Shown here piece by piece: positions 11,047 through 20,135 of a stretch of DNA of 64,000 bases; the first letter of the stretch is position 1, and each line of letters opens with the position of its first letter. The position numbers and the translations under genes are program-made. Source of the stretch: an uncultured Verrucomicrobiae bacterium (GTDB lineage: Bacteria > Verrucomicrobiota > Verrucomicrobiia > Chthoniobacterales > UBA10450); contig CAVTMK010000002.1 in NCBI GenBank assembly GCA_963735805.1, forward strand, positions 1,376,001 to 1,440,000. Direction: 5' to 3'. The notes under the pieces are model-generated. The model saw only the letters and a program-made list of their open reading frames with translations, did no database searches and had not been told where the DNA came from.

Positions 11047-11883
11047 ATGAATCTCCTTGTTCCGACCACTGTCCTGCTGTTGATGGTCTCCGTCGGGATG
11101 AGCCTGAATTGGACTCAGTTCCGAGCGAGGTGGCGGAGCTTTACCCTTGCGACTTGGGGGAAACTACTGGTGGCAACATTCATCGTCCCACCGATCATCG
11201 CGCTTGGGCTTGGAACTTTGCTGCCACTGAATCGAGGGGCGTTGATCGGTTTGTTCCTAATCGCGGTCGCGCCCGGTGCGCCGCTCATGACTCGTAGCGT
11301 AGCAAAGCGTGGCTTCGACATGGAATTGGCCGCCAGCTATCAGCTTTGGGGGGCGTTTCTCACTCCTATCATGATTCCGCTGCTTATCGCCGCGGCGGGA
11401 TGGCTTTACGGGCGCAATATCTGGGTGTCACCGGCTAAAGTGTTAGCGGTCATTGCGACGCAGCAGTTTGTCCCACTGCTCATCGGCGTGGCGTTGATGT
11501 ATTTCGCACCGGAGTTCTCGACAAAAGTACGGAGCGCACTCAACGTGATCGGGAACGCCTTGCTGATGGTGACGTTGATCGTCCTGCTTGTGAAAATGGG
11601 GCCAACGCTAACGGAGATCAGTCCGTGGGTAGTCATCGCCGTGTTGCTGCTCGCAGTTGGCTGTATAGCTACGAGTTTTGCCATCCTCACCGGTGCAACA
11701 GTCATGACTAAGACACTCGTGGTCTGCAACGTGAATCGGCACGTTGGCCTCGCTCTGCTCCTTTCCGGCACCTACTTCCGCAACCAGAAAGCCCTCCCGG
11801 CTATCGCCGCTTATGCGCTTGCAGCGCAACTTATGATATGGCTCTACGCAAAACTGGCGAGGTACCGTCCGATTGCCACGTAA
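11047..11883 (+). CDS. Bile acid:sodium symporter (BASS) family protein
   Basis: Many TM helices; MVSVGMSL, APGAP and NRHVGLAL motifs. Confidence 0.8.
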   Translation: MNLLVPTTVLLLMVSVGMSLNWTQFRARWRSFTLATWGKLLVATFIVPPIIALGLGTLLPLNRGALIGLFLIAVAPGAPLMTRSVAKRGFDMELAASYQLWGAFLTPIMIPLLIAAAGWLYGRNIWVSPAKVLAVIATQQFVPLLIGVALMYFAPEFSTKVRSALNVIGNALLMVTLIVLLVKMGPTLTEISPWVVIAVLLLAVGCIATSFAILTGATVMTKTLVVCNVNRHVGLALLLSGTYFRNQKALPAIAAYALAAQLMIWLYAKLARYRPIAT

Positions 11884-12042
11884 TGAAGTGCATCATATTG
11901 TGCAAATGCGGCAGCGAACGTATTTCTTTCCAGGTGGCTGGTCCGATGAGCAGCGTTGACGTTTTTGAAAAACGAAAGCAAGTAGATAAAGGGCGCGATC
12001 ACGCCGATGCAAATAAAGTACGAGCCTAACGACATCTGTGTG
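11881..12042 (+). repeat. 162-bp direct repeat, copy A: upstream region plus inactivated 5' end of the STAS/SEC14 gene
   Basis: Matches 18182..18343 with the first 23 and last 24 nt identical; the start codon ATG is ACG in this copy. Confidence 0.9.
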
Positions 12043-12313
12043 AAACGACGATCGGCAGCAAGGCGTGCGCTTTGGCACGACCTTCGCGCTCCCCGTGACG
12101 CGCCATCATCCGTGAAGTTCTAAGCCATCACGGGTTATAACGCGCATCGCGACCACGATTTCAAAGTCTTCGGCATGGCGTGGCAATACCGCTGGGGAGG
12201 CGGTTACTGAGCGAACCGCCGCGCCTTGCGAGGCGCGCGGCCTTTTCTGAATGAAGGATAGACATTCGGTAAGTCTTGGTCCGGTCGCGCGTGGTGGGTA
12301 GCATGAAAAAAGC

Positions 12314-14890
12314 ATGAGCGATCTCCTGCCTCATTCGCGGCCCCCGGCGCGCCGCCGTCGTGGTTTGTGGATTTTGCTCGGCTTGGTTGTGATCGCCCTG
12401 GTCGTCGTGGTTGCCGGGTTTTTCTTCGCTAGGCGGCAAATCGGAGAGTTTTCCGCGCGCAAGCTCGGTGAGCGGCTTTTAGAGGATGGCGTTTTCATCT
12501 CTTGGAAATCCGCCGACTGGGTGCCGGGAGGAGGCGTCGAGCTGCGGGGGCTGGCTTTGTATCGCGATGCGGCGAGGCACGACCGACTCGCGCTGCTCGG
12601 CCTTGTGACGGCGAGAAGAGCCGAGTGGCTTCGCTGGGACAAGATGAACTTCAACGCGGCGGATACGCAGCTCCTGCTCGGCAGCGGAGAGGGTGAGACA
12701 AAACTGGAACACATGGACATGCTTTTGGGGATCCAGCCGGAGAAGGCGGACCTGCGGGAGTGCCATGCGCGCCTGCAGGGATTGCGCATCGAAGCGAAAT
12801 GCGCGTTTGTGGCCGCGGCTCATGCTGGAAATGCCGAGGCGGTCGCCGCATCAAGACAAGCGGCGCAGAGCGAGGGCTTGTTCCGCAATGTGAATCTCGA
12901 CTGGCTGAAATCGGTAAAGGAGTGGCTGAAGTTTCACCCGGAGAAAGATGAACCAGTGTTGAGGATGGACGCGCATTCGCTTCCGGACCGCGGCATGGAT
13001 CTCACGATGACGTTTGATGGCACGAGGTTTCAATGGCGAGGGCAGCAATGGGATTCCATGCAAGTGGCTGTGAAGATCCCCGTCGGCAGGGAGAATTCAC
13101 TGATCGACATCGATCATGTGCGTATCGGCCATGGGGGCCGGGAAGCAGAGATCGCCGGAGCATTCGATTCCGCCAGTCGTGTCATCCGCATCAGCAAGTT
13201 TGATTCGGGGATCGACGTGCTGGCACTCGCACGCGCCATGACGCCGGATGCCGTCGGGAGTTTGTCCGCGGCAAGCACCAGCGGCGCCTGGCGAGTCAGT
13301 GGTACGGGAGAGATCCCGATGGATCACGCTGCGAACTTCCGCTGGAATGGTGACATGGCACTCGATGGCGACCTCGTTTATGCGAGTGGCCAAACAAACG
13401 TCGCATTGCAGAAACCGACTTTTTCAGTGCGTGTGGAGGAGCAGGTGGTGACAATCTCCGATCTCAAGGCCGGCCTCTGGGATGGAAGTCTCGATGTGGC
13501 GAGGTTGCAGGTCCCTCTAGCCTCGAAGGAGAAGAAACTGCGATTCGAAGCGCAGCTCAAACTCGACGGCGTGCGATTGCAATCGATCATCAATATTTTT
13601 GGCGAAGCTCGGAAGCAGCCTGGGGTCGTTCCGTTGGACTGGAAGGGCGCCTGGCGAATCAGCGGTGCGGGAGAGATCCCGATGGATCGCCCTGCGAACT
13701 TCCGCTGGAATGGTGACATGGCACTCGATGGCGACCTCGTTTATGCCAGTGGCCAAACAAATATTGCATTGCAGAAGCCAACTTTTTCAGTGCGCGTGGA
13801 GGAGAAGGCGGTGACCATCTCCGATCTCAAGGCGGCCCTCTGGGATGGAAGTCTCGATGTGGCGAGATTGAAGGTTCATCTGCCCTCGAAGGAGAAGAAA
13901 CTGCGAATCGAAACGCAGCTCACACTCAACGGCGCGCGGTCGTCATCAGTCAGGAAGAGTTTTAGCGCGGGTCAGAAGCAGCCTCGTGTCGTTCGGTTGA
14001 ACTGGAAGGGCGCATGGCGAGTCAGCGCTGCGGGGGAGATTCCGGTGGATCACCCTGAGAACTTCCGCTGGAATAGCGAAATGGCGCTGGGCGGCGACCT
14101 CTTCTATGCGAGCGGCGAAACAAAGGTCGCACTGCGGCAACCGACTTTTTCAGTGCGCGAAGAGAAGCAAGTGGTGTCGATCTCGGCCTTCAAGGCGGGC
14201 CTCTGGGAGGGGAGCTTCAACGCGCCAAAGACGCTGGTCTATCTGCCTTCGGCGAAGAAGAAAGCGCGATTCGAAACGCAGTTCGCGATCAAGGACGCCC
14301 GACTGCAATCGATCATCAACAGTTTTGGCGGCGCCCAGACGGAGCCTGGTGTCGTGCAATGCGATTGGCAGGGCGGCAGTGAATTTGATCTGGCGTCGCT
14401 CGCCGGTTCAGGCGCGCTCAGCATCGGCGAGGCGGACTTCGGTCGCGTGCCAGTTGTCGGTCCACTGCACTTCGTGTTCAACATACTGGCACCGCGATTT
14501 CACACGGATGAGCCATCCACGATGACCATGAATCATCGGATGGCGGGCAGCATCCTGTATCTCGAGGATCTGAAACTCGTCAGCGAGCACGCCCGCATTC
14601 AAGCGGGCGGCAACATCGATCTCGCACGCGAATACACTCAGCTCAACGCGAGGGGGGGACTGCGGAAACTCCCGGGGCTTATCACTGTCTTGCTCACTTC
14701 GCTGCTGGAATTCAAAGGCGAAGGCCCGGTGGATAACGTGCGCTGGAGCATCAAGGGTTTCCCAGGCTTTCATCCGATCGTCAACGCCCCGAAGAAAACC
14801 ACCAGGACAGCGGACGCAGCGGAGAAGGCAGCCGACAGGGCGGTGAAGGGTTTGATCGAACTCCCCGGCAAAGTGCTTGAGGAAAAGTGA
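12314..14890 (+). CDS. AsmA-like bridge protein with N-terminal membrane anchor and three internal 121-aa repeats
   Basis: Single N-terminal TM helix, long beta-rich body and an AsmA-like C-terminus (GSGALSI...GGNIDL...LLEFKGEGPVDNVRW). Confidence 0.75.
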   Translation: MSDLLPHSRPPARRRRGLWILLGLVVIALVVVVAGFFFARRQIGEFSARKLGERLLEDGVFISWKSADWVPGGGVELRGLALYRDAARHDRLALLGLVTARRAEWLRWDKMNFNAADTQLLLGSGEGETKLEHMDMLLGIQPEKADLRECHARLQGLRIEAKCAFVAAAHAGNAEAVAASRQAAQSEGLFRNVNLDWLKSVKEWLKFHPEKDEPVLRMDAHSLPDRGMDLTMTFDGTRFQWRGQQWDSMQVAVKIPVGRENSLIDIDHVRIGHGGREAEIAGAFDSASRVIRISKFDSGIDVLALARAMTPDAVGSLSAASTSGAWRVSGTGEIPMDHAANFRWNGDMALDGDLVYASGQTNVALQKPTFSVRVEEQVVTISDLKAGLWDGSLDVARLQVPLASKEKKLRFEAQLKLDGVRLQSIINIFGEARKQPGVVPLDWKGAWRISGAGEIPMDRPANFRWNGDMALDGDLVYASGQTNIALQKPTFSVRVEEKAVTISDLKAALWDGSLDVARLKVHLPSKEKKLRIETQLTLNGARSSSVRKSFSAGQKQPRVVRLNWKGAWRVSAAGEIPVDHPENFRWNSEMALGGDLFYASGETKVALRQPTFSVREEKQVVSISAFKAGLWEGSFNAPKTLVYLPSAKKKARFETQFAIKDARLQSIINSFGGAQTEPGVVQCDWQGGSEFDLASLAGSGALSIGEADFGRVPVVGPLHFVFNILAPRFHTDEPSTMTMNHRMAGSILYLEDLKLVSEHARIQAGGNIDLAREYTQLNARGGLRKLPGLITVLLTSLLEFKGEGPVDNVRWSIKGFPGFHPIVNAPKKTTRTADAAEKAADRAVKGLIELPGKVLEEK
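13283..14371 (+). repeat. Three tandem in-frame 363-bp repeats within the AsmA-like gene
   Basis: GAWRxSxxGEIP units start at 13283, 13646 and 14009, an exact period of 363 bp. Confidence 0.95.
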
Positions 14891-14955
14891 GCAGCGCCGC
14901 AATTCCCCACAGGGCAGCGGAGAAATAAGGTGTCCTCATTTTTTCATGCCTTCGG

Positions 14956-15927
14956 CTATTCGCGCCGCGCCGCGCCGCCCCGCGTCGCCTGCGGCTGCGG
15001 TGCGGTGGTGGCGCGGCCTCGTAGCGTCGCGGTGACGGGGAAGTGATCCGATGGGTAACCGCCGGACCCGCGGGTGTGGTCGATCTCTGCATCGATGGTC
15101 TGGAAATACGAACTGGCGAGAATCCAGTCCATGCGCCGTCCGCCGCGCCTGCCGGTGAAGAAATGCACCGTGCCTTCATCGCGCGTGGCGACCGGATGCG
15201 CGGCGCGAAAAACGTCGTGCAGCGAAGACGCCGTGGTTGGCTGCGGAGCGAGCAGCACGCGGTAGGGCGTGGAACCGGGACCGGTGTTGAAATCGCCGGT
15301 GACGATGCAGGGCATGGCGCCGGCGATGTGGGCGATCCGATCGCGCAGCAGCTTCGAAGATTGCGCGCGCGCCCAGGGGCTGTAGGCATCGAAGTGCGTA
15401 TTGAACCAGTAGAAGGGCGCACCGTCGGCGCGCGGCCGGAGCTTCACCCAAGTGACCATGCGTGGATAGACCTCGGCCCACCCGCGGCTGCCCGGCTTCT
15501 CCGGAGTCTTGCTGAGCCAGAAATATCCGCCATCGAGCAGCTCGAAACGGGCGGTCTTGAAAAACAGGCCGCACATTTCGCCGCACTGTTTCCCATCGTC
15601 GCGACCGACGCCGCGGAAAGTGTAGTCGCCGAGTTGTTGACGCAGATAGGCTTCCATCGAGTCCAAACCTTCCTGCGTGCCGAGCAAGTCGGCATCAAAG
15701 GCGCGGACGCGTTCCACGACGAGGTCGCGTCGCTTATCCCAGATATTGTGCCCGTCGAGGATCGTACGGACCCGGAGATTGAAGGTCATCACGCGGAGTT
15801 CATGCGCGGTTCTGAATTTGGAAATCTTAGATGCGGCGACCGATCGGTCGTCAGTGGCGCAAGCGCATGCCGGGACGAGTGCGAAGCCGGCCAAGGCGAT
15901 TCGCCGGGCCAACGATTTGGCCTTCAC
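14956..15927 (-). CDS. Exported endonuclease/exonuclease/phosphatase (EEP) family protein
   Basis: VMTFNLR, GTQE, NTHFD, TGDFN, DWIL and PSDHFPV motifs; likely GTG start at 15927 overlapping the upstream TGA. Confidence 0.9.
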   Translation of the reverse strand: MKAKSLARRIALAGFALVPACACATDDRSVAASKISKFRTAHELRVMTFNLRVRTILDGHNIWDKRRDLVVERVRAFDADLLGTQEGLDSMEAYLRQQLGDYTFRGVGRDDGKQCGEMCGLFFKTARFELLDGGYFWLSKTPEKPGSRGWAEVYPRMVTWVKLRPRADGAPFYWFNTHFDAYSPWARAQSSKLLRDRIAHIAGAMPCIVTGDFNTGPGSTPYRVLLAPQPTTASSLHDVFRAAHPVATRDEGTVHFFTGRRGGRRMDWILASSYFQTIDAEIDHTRGSGGYPSDHFPVTATLRGRATTAPQPQATRGGAARRE

Positions 15928-16283
15928 CGTTTGTTCTTCCTGACTTCTGCGAGGTGCGCCCGCAACCAATCGCCCGTGGGCTGAGTGTGACCGTCCGCCA
16001 ATTTCACCAGGTAGGGTTTGCCGGAGATGTAACTCTTGCTGGCAATTCCGGCGATGAAGTCATCCGTCGTCTTCACGCGGTCGCCGGCCGTGGTGAGTTT
16101 GTCGCGCAGATGCTGCGCACCCTTGGCCGCGGAATACTCCGTACCGTTGCGGATAAAGCGAACACCCGACGTCTGGACGAAAGAAATCAACTCGTCGATT
16201 TCCGCCTTCGCCTGCCGATCCAGCGCCGATCCGATCGCAGTGGTGAGGAGCAAGGTAAAGATGGAAGCGAGAAGCTGGCGCAT
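15924..16283 (-). CDS. DUF5329 (YfeK-like) exported protein
   Basis: FIRNG.EY....A.HLR.K...FI..IASKS..SGKPY pattern with a signal peptide; ATG at 16283. Confidence 0.85.
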   Translation of the reverse strand: MRQLLASIFTLLLTTAIGSALDRQAKAEIDELISFVQTSGVRFIRNGTEYSAAKGAQHLRDKLTTAGDRVKTTDDFIAGIASKSYISGKPYLVKLADGHTQPTGDWLRAHLAEVRKNKR

Positions 16284-16312
16284 GAAATCGACGTGTCGGT
16301 TGCGCACGATGC

Positions 16313-17869
16313 TCAGAGCAGCCACTCGATCGGCAGCCAGCTTATCACCTGGGCCTTGATGCGTTTCATGAGGTCCGTGTCTGGTTCGGAGTGATAGCGC
16401 ACTTCCTTGTCGCCCTCGCGCGTCACCCAGATGAGGCGATTGCCATCGAGTTCCACGCGATACGCGTCCCGAGAGAGCTTGCGTTCGGTCTCCGTGGGCA
16501 GACGCCTCGCCAGCGTCGGACAGTCGAAGAGCACACCCATTTCCGTGTTCAGTTTGCTCGAGCGCGGATCGAGATTGTAGGAGCCGATGAAACCAATGCG
16601 GCGATCGAAGGTAAACGTCTTCGCATGCAAGCCACCAATGCTCGATCCAGCCGGTTCGCGAAAGCGCCGCTTGAGCTGGGCGCCGGCGGTCGGCTTGATC
16701 TCATAGAGTTCGACCCCGGCCTCGATTAGCCGCTTGCGGTAGAGCTGATATTTGGAGTGGACCGGCACCCCGTCCGTGGAAGCCAGCGAATTGGTAATCA
16801 CGACGACTCGCACGCCGCGCTGGCGTACACCTGCCAGAAGCTCGACGCCCTTCTTTCCCGGCACGAAGTACGGAGAGACTAGGAATAGCTCGCGCTTCGT
16901 TTGATCGATGACCTTGCGCAACTGCGGGGCGAGATGCGTCTCCGTCTTGTCGGCGGAAGTGGCCACCTTGTCCGGATGATCTTCCACGATCGTGGCCTTT
17001 CCCCAGTAGTAGGGAACGCTTCGATTCCTGATTTGTCGGGCAAATTCACTGTCGCGCAGGCTGTGCGCGTAGGGAGAAGCCTTCGCGGTTTCATTGTAGG
17101 CGATGAGTGCCGACCGCTGTGCGGCGAACTGCTCGGGCGTCGTGTTTTGTCGCGCCAGCGCGGCGATCGGAATCGCAGACTGGTTGTTCCAATAAAGATC
17201 GAATTCGTCGGACACCTCCTTCACCACGGGGCCGATGAGCACCACGTCGAGATCGGCAAAATTCATCTCCGCATGCGCCTCGAAATATTCATCGCCGATA
17301 TTGCGCCCGCCGACGATGGAGGCCTGCCCGTCGGCGGTGAACGACTTGTTGTGCATCCGCTTATTGATGCGCCCGAAGTCGGCGACCATGCCGAGCAAGC
17401 GGGGCGAACGCAGAGCCACAGGGTTGAACATCCGCACCTCGATGTTCGGATGACTGTCAATGGTGAGCAGCGTGGCGTCGGAAGGCATCGTGCCGAGATC
17501 GTCGAGCAGCAAGCGCACGCGCACGCCGCGGTCGGCCGCCCGGAACAGATGCTCAAGCAGGACTTTGCCCGCCATGTCCTTGTTCCAGATGAAATACTGC
17601 ACATCGAGGCTGCGTTGCGCCGCATCCGCCAGGGCCAGCCGCGCGGCCAAGGCCTCGCGCCCGTTCAGAAGTGTGTGGAGGCCGGACTGCCCCGGATGCG
17701 CTGCAACACGCGGACGCACCGCCGCCGCCAGCGCCGTGCCCCCGTTGTTTTTCATGGCCGTGGAAGACGGGCGCTCGCCTATCTTGGGAAGGCCTCCGCA
17801 CGCACCGAGTGAAAGCATCATCAGCAATGTGCCGACGCATTGAATCGACCGTTGGTAACCAGGAAGCAT
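16313..17869 (-). CDS. Phospholipase D family protein, cardiolipin synthase C-like; probable lipoprotein
   Basis: Two HKD motifs (MHNKSFTAD, LHAKTFTFD), GGRNIGDEYF and C-terminal WLPIEWLL; lipobox LGAC after ATG 17869. Confidence 0.92.
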   Translation of the reverse strand: MLPGYQRSIQCVGTLLMMLSLGACGGLPKIGERPSSTAMKNNGGTALAAAVRPRVAAHPGQSGLHTLLNGREALAARLALADAAQRSLDVQYFIWNKDMAGKVLLEHLFRAADRGVRVRLLLDDLGTMPSDATLLTIDSHPNIEVRMFNPVALRSPRLLGMVADFGRINKRMHNKSFTADGQASIVGGRNIGDEYFEAHAEMNFADLDVVLIGPVVKEVSDEFDLYWNNQSAIPIAALARQNTTPEQFAAQRSALIAYNETAKASPYAHSLRDSEFARQIRNRSVPYYWGKATIVEDHPDKVATSADKTETHLAPQLRKVIDQTKRELFLVSPYFVPGKKGVELLAGVRQRGVRVVVITNSLASTDGVPVHSKYQLYRKRLIEAGVELYEIKPTAGAQLKRRFREPAGSSIGGLHAKTFTFDRRIGFIGSYNLDPRSSKLNTEMGVLFDCPTLARRLPTETERKLSRDAYRVELDGNRLIWVTREGDKEVRYHSEPDTDLMKRIKAQVISWLPIEWLL

Positions 17870-18181
17870 GTTCTGCCTATGCCGGTTGTTCCACATCGAC
17901 TTAGGTCTTGGCGAGATCAAAATTACTTTTGAGGACATGATCTCAGCATTTGTCGGTTCATTGTTGTGTGCATCTTTGTCTGGCGTCTCATCCCAATGGG
18001 CGCGGGACCGAAAAGCAACACGTAGAGTTGTAGCCAAACGGAAATGTTGATACTCCGCCCACCACGTTTTTTATAAAGCTTCTGACAATTCTAGCGATCT
18101 CCATTGAACTGCTCACCGCCTTGCAGGCGATGGAGAAGCCATAGTTCTGCACCAAATGCATGCGATCGTTGGATTGCCCCG

Positions 18182-18343
18182 TAATGAAGTGCATCATATT
18201 GTGCGAATGCGGTGGCCAACGGGTTCTCTTGGCCAATAGTTGGTTCGACAAGCAGCCGTGGCGTTTATTAAAATGAAAGCAAGCAGATAAAAGACGCGAC
18301 TATGCCGGTGCAAATAAACTACGAGCCTAACGACATCTGTGTG
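18182..18343 (+). repeat. 162-bp direct repeat, copy B, running into the intact STAS/SEC14 gene
   Basis: Counterpart of 11881..12042. Confidence 0.9.
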
Positions 18344-18664
18344 CTGCGTATCAGCGGCATTTTGAAACGATCCGAATTTGGCGCAGAGGAAAAGGCGCTC
18401 GCCCGTCGCATCGACACCGGATTGAAACCTTGTTTGCTCGTGATTCTTGAGGAGAACTTTGAAGGGTGGGAGCGCGGCGCGGATTGGAATGATCTCGATT
18501 TTTATATCTCGCACGGGCGCAAAATTTCCAAGGTCGCCATCGTCGCTGAGCCACGTTGGGAGGCTCTCGCGCTGGCTTTTGCAGGAGCGGGAGTCCGTCG
18601 CACGCCAGTGAAGTTTTTTACGCCCAGCGAATTAGAGCAGGCGCGAAGCTGGTTAGCCGAATAA
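18302..18664 (+). CDS. STAS/SEC14 (SpoIIAA-like) domain protein
   Basis: LRISGIL...FEGWE...ISKVAIV...VKFF...ARSWL pattern, 120 aa. Confidence 0.85.
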   Translation: MPVQINYEPNDICVLRISGILKRSEFGAEEKALARRIDTGLKPCLLVILEENFEGWERGADWNDLDFYISHGRKISKVAIVAEPRWEALALAFAGAGVRRTPVKFFTPSELEQARSWLAE

Positions 18665-18721
18665 TTCGGCACTAAACGCGTAAGAATTCGAACTAATCGG
18701 CTCGCCTCCACTTCCAACACT

Positions 18722-19498
18722 TTATTGGAAGCGATGGCGTTCTCGCCATCGCGGAAGAAAATAGGCTAGGGGAATCCCGACAAGACTCGCGATAAGGCTG
18801 AGGAAGAAAATCAGAGCGGCATGCCTGATGAGAAAGAAAGGCGAATAGCTTTGGTACACAGCGAAACCCGCAAGGTACCTGTGCCATGGGACAACAAGTA
18901 ACAGGAGTAGCCCGACTCCCGAACAAACCAGCATCCCCAATGCGGTGTAGGTTCTAGTATTCCACCAATACGCGCTAACAATAAGGGATGTCAGGAATAT
19001 CAGTGAAAGGCACACGCCCGCTACACGACGGAACGTCGCACCCCCAATCGCGGTTGAATAGCGAAGAAGATCCTTCTCAACAAGCTTGGACAGAGCTTCA
19101 ACCCGATCCGCAGCTTCGCCGCTGACCGATACCCGGCGTGAGTAGTCGTTGAAATCTAGGGTGACAAATGAAATCGGCTTATCGGGTCGAGAATAGGTAT
19201 AACAAAACTTGAAAAGCTCCCTCGGGAACGCAACGCCGCTCGCCGTGGACAGGTGCGGTATCTCGATCTCACGTCCGCGAACCCCAAGTTTCACACTTTC
19301 TCGACCAGAATCTTGTTCTCCGGAAGGACCGTTGGCCTCAGCGATAAGTGACTGAGTCCTGAGTAAGATAGTATCTAGGTCCGCCGCCGCCAATCTCAGG
19401 GGAGGCAGATCACGGTTTTGCGAAAACTCCGAGCCCTTAGCAGGCAGCCACGTCGTCGTGAGCGATAAGCATATGCTAACAAGAACAGCTAAACGCAC
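18722..19498 (-). CDS. Hypothetical membrane protein (signal peptide, soluble domain, three C-terminal TM helices)
   Basis: Within ORF 18722..19720; likely GTG start at 19498 (VRLAVLVSICLSL). Confidence 0.55.
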   Translation of the reverse strand: MRLAVLVSICLSLTTTWLPAKGSEFSQNRDLPPLRLAAADLDTILLRTQSLIAEANGPSGEQDSGRESVKLGVRGREIEIPHLSTASGVAFPRELFKFCYTYSRPDKPISFVTLDFNDYSRRVSVSGEAADRVEALSKLVEKDLLRYSTAIGGATFRRVAGVCLSLIFLTSLIVSAYWWNTRTYTALGMLVCSGVGLLLLLVVPWHRYLAGFAVYQSYSPFFLIRHAALIFFLSLIASLVGIPLAYFLPRWRERHRFQ

Positions 19499-19545
19499 CT
19501 TCGCATCTCCGGTTTCAGAATGTGGCAGACAAGATGGTATTATCC

Positions 19546-19998
19546 TTATGCCTTTTTTCCCTTGAAAAAGACGATCGCTGCCGCGGCAATGGCCAAAATG
19601 ATAAGTAAAATTACTGGCTGCGGCACTGTGTGCTTGGCTGGCTGAGGTTTTGGGCGGTTTGCAAACTCTATTGGAATCTTGAGTTGCGAAACAGCCACTG
19701 TTCTGGGGTCGAAACGCCACTGTGAATATGCTTGCAGCGCGGCGCCATCAAGTTGTTGGTTTCCTGTGCTCGTCAGCATCCGCCCGCCGGTGACATTGCC
19801 TGTCTGCTTGTCGATATTGACCAAAATAACGCCTTTTCCTGTGAGTCCCTGTTTTGCCCATTCGGCTCGATATGCAGGCTGCGGCGCGTAAATCGCTCTT
19901 GGCGGAGCCGGTTGTCTTACGGGATTAGCGGATTGGGCGTTTAGCGATGAAACAGAAGCAAGACTGACAACGATAGCCAGCCGCGCGGCGCGCATCAT
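19546..19998 (-). CDS. TonB C-terminal domain protein with signal peptide and C-terminal membrane anchor
   Basis: PQPAYRAEWAKQGLTGKGVILVNIDKQTGNV...STGNQQLDGAALQAYSQWRF.P; ends VPQP, TM helix, KGKKA. Confidence 0.75.
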   Translation of the reverse strand: MMRAARLAIVVSLASVSSLNAQSANPVRQPAPPRAIYAPQPAYRAEWAKQGLTGKGVILVNIDKQTGNVTGGRMLTSTGNQQLDGAALQAYSQWRFDPRTVAVSQLKIPIEFANRPKPQPAKHTVPQPVILLIILAIAAAAIVFFKGKKA

Positions 19999-20135
19999 AG
20001 CTGGCCATCTCCAAACCCATGGGGCTGCCGTTTCGATCTCAATCACGGCGCTGGGTGAGGACAGCTCGGCCATTCGAGCGATCGTTGAGTGCGCCTTTGG
20101 GGGGCGCACTCAGATTTATTCGTCAGACAACCCTG

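Noticed and set aside
15043..17812. Long plus-strand ORFs 15043..15984 and 16901..17812
   Set aside because: They are antisense shadows of the EEP and PLD genes in GC-rich DNA, with no recognisable motifs.
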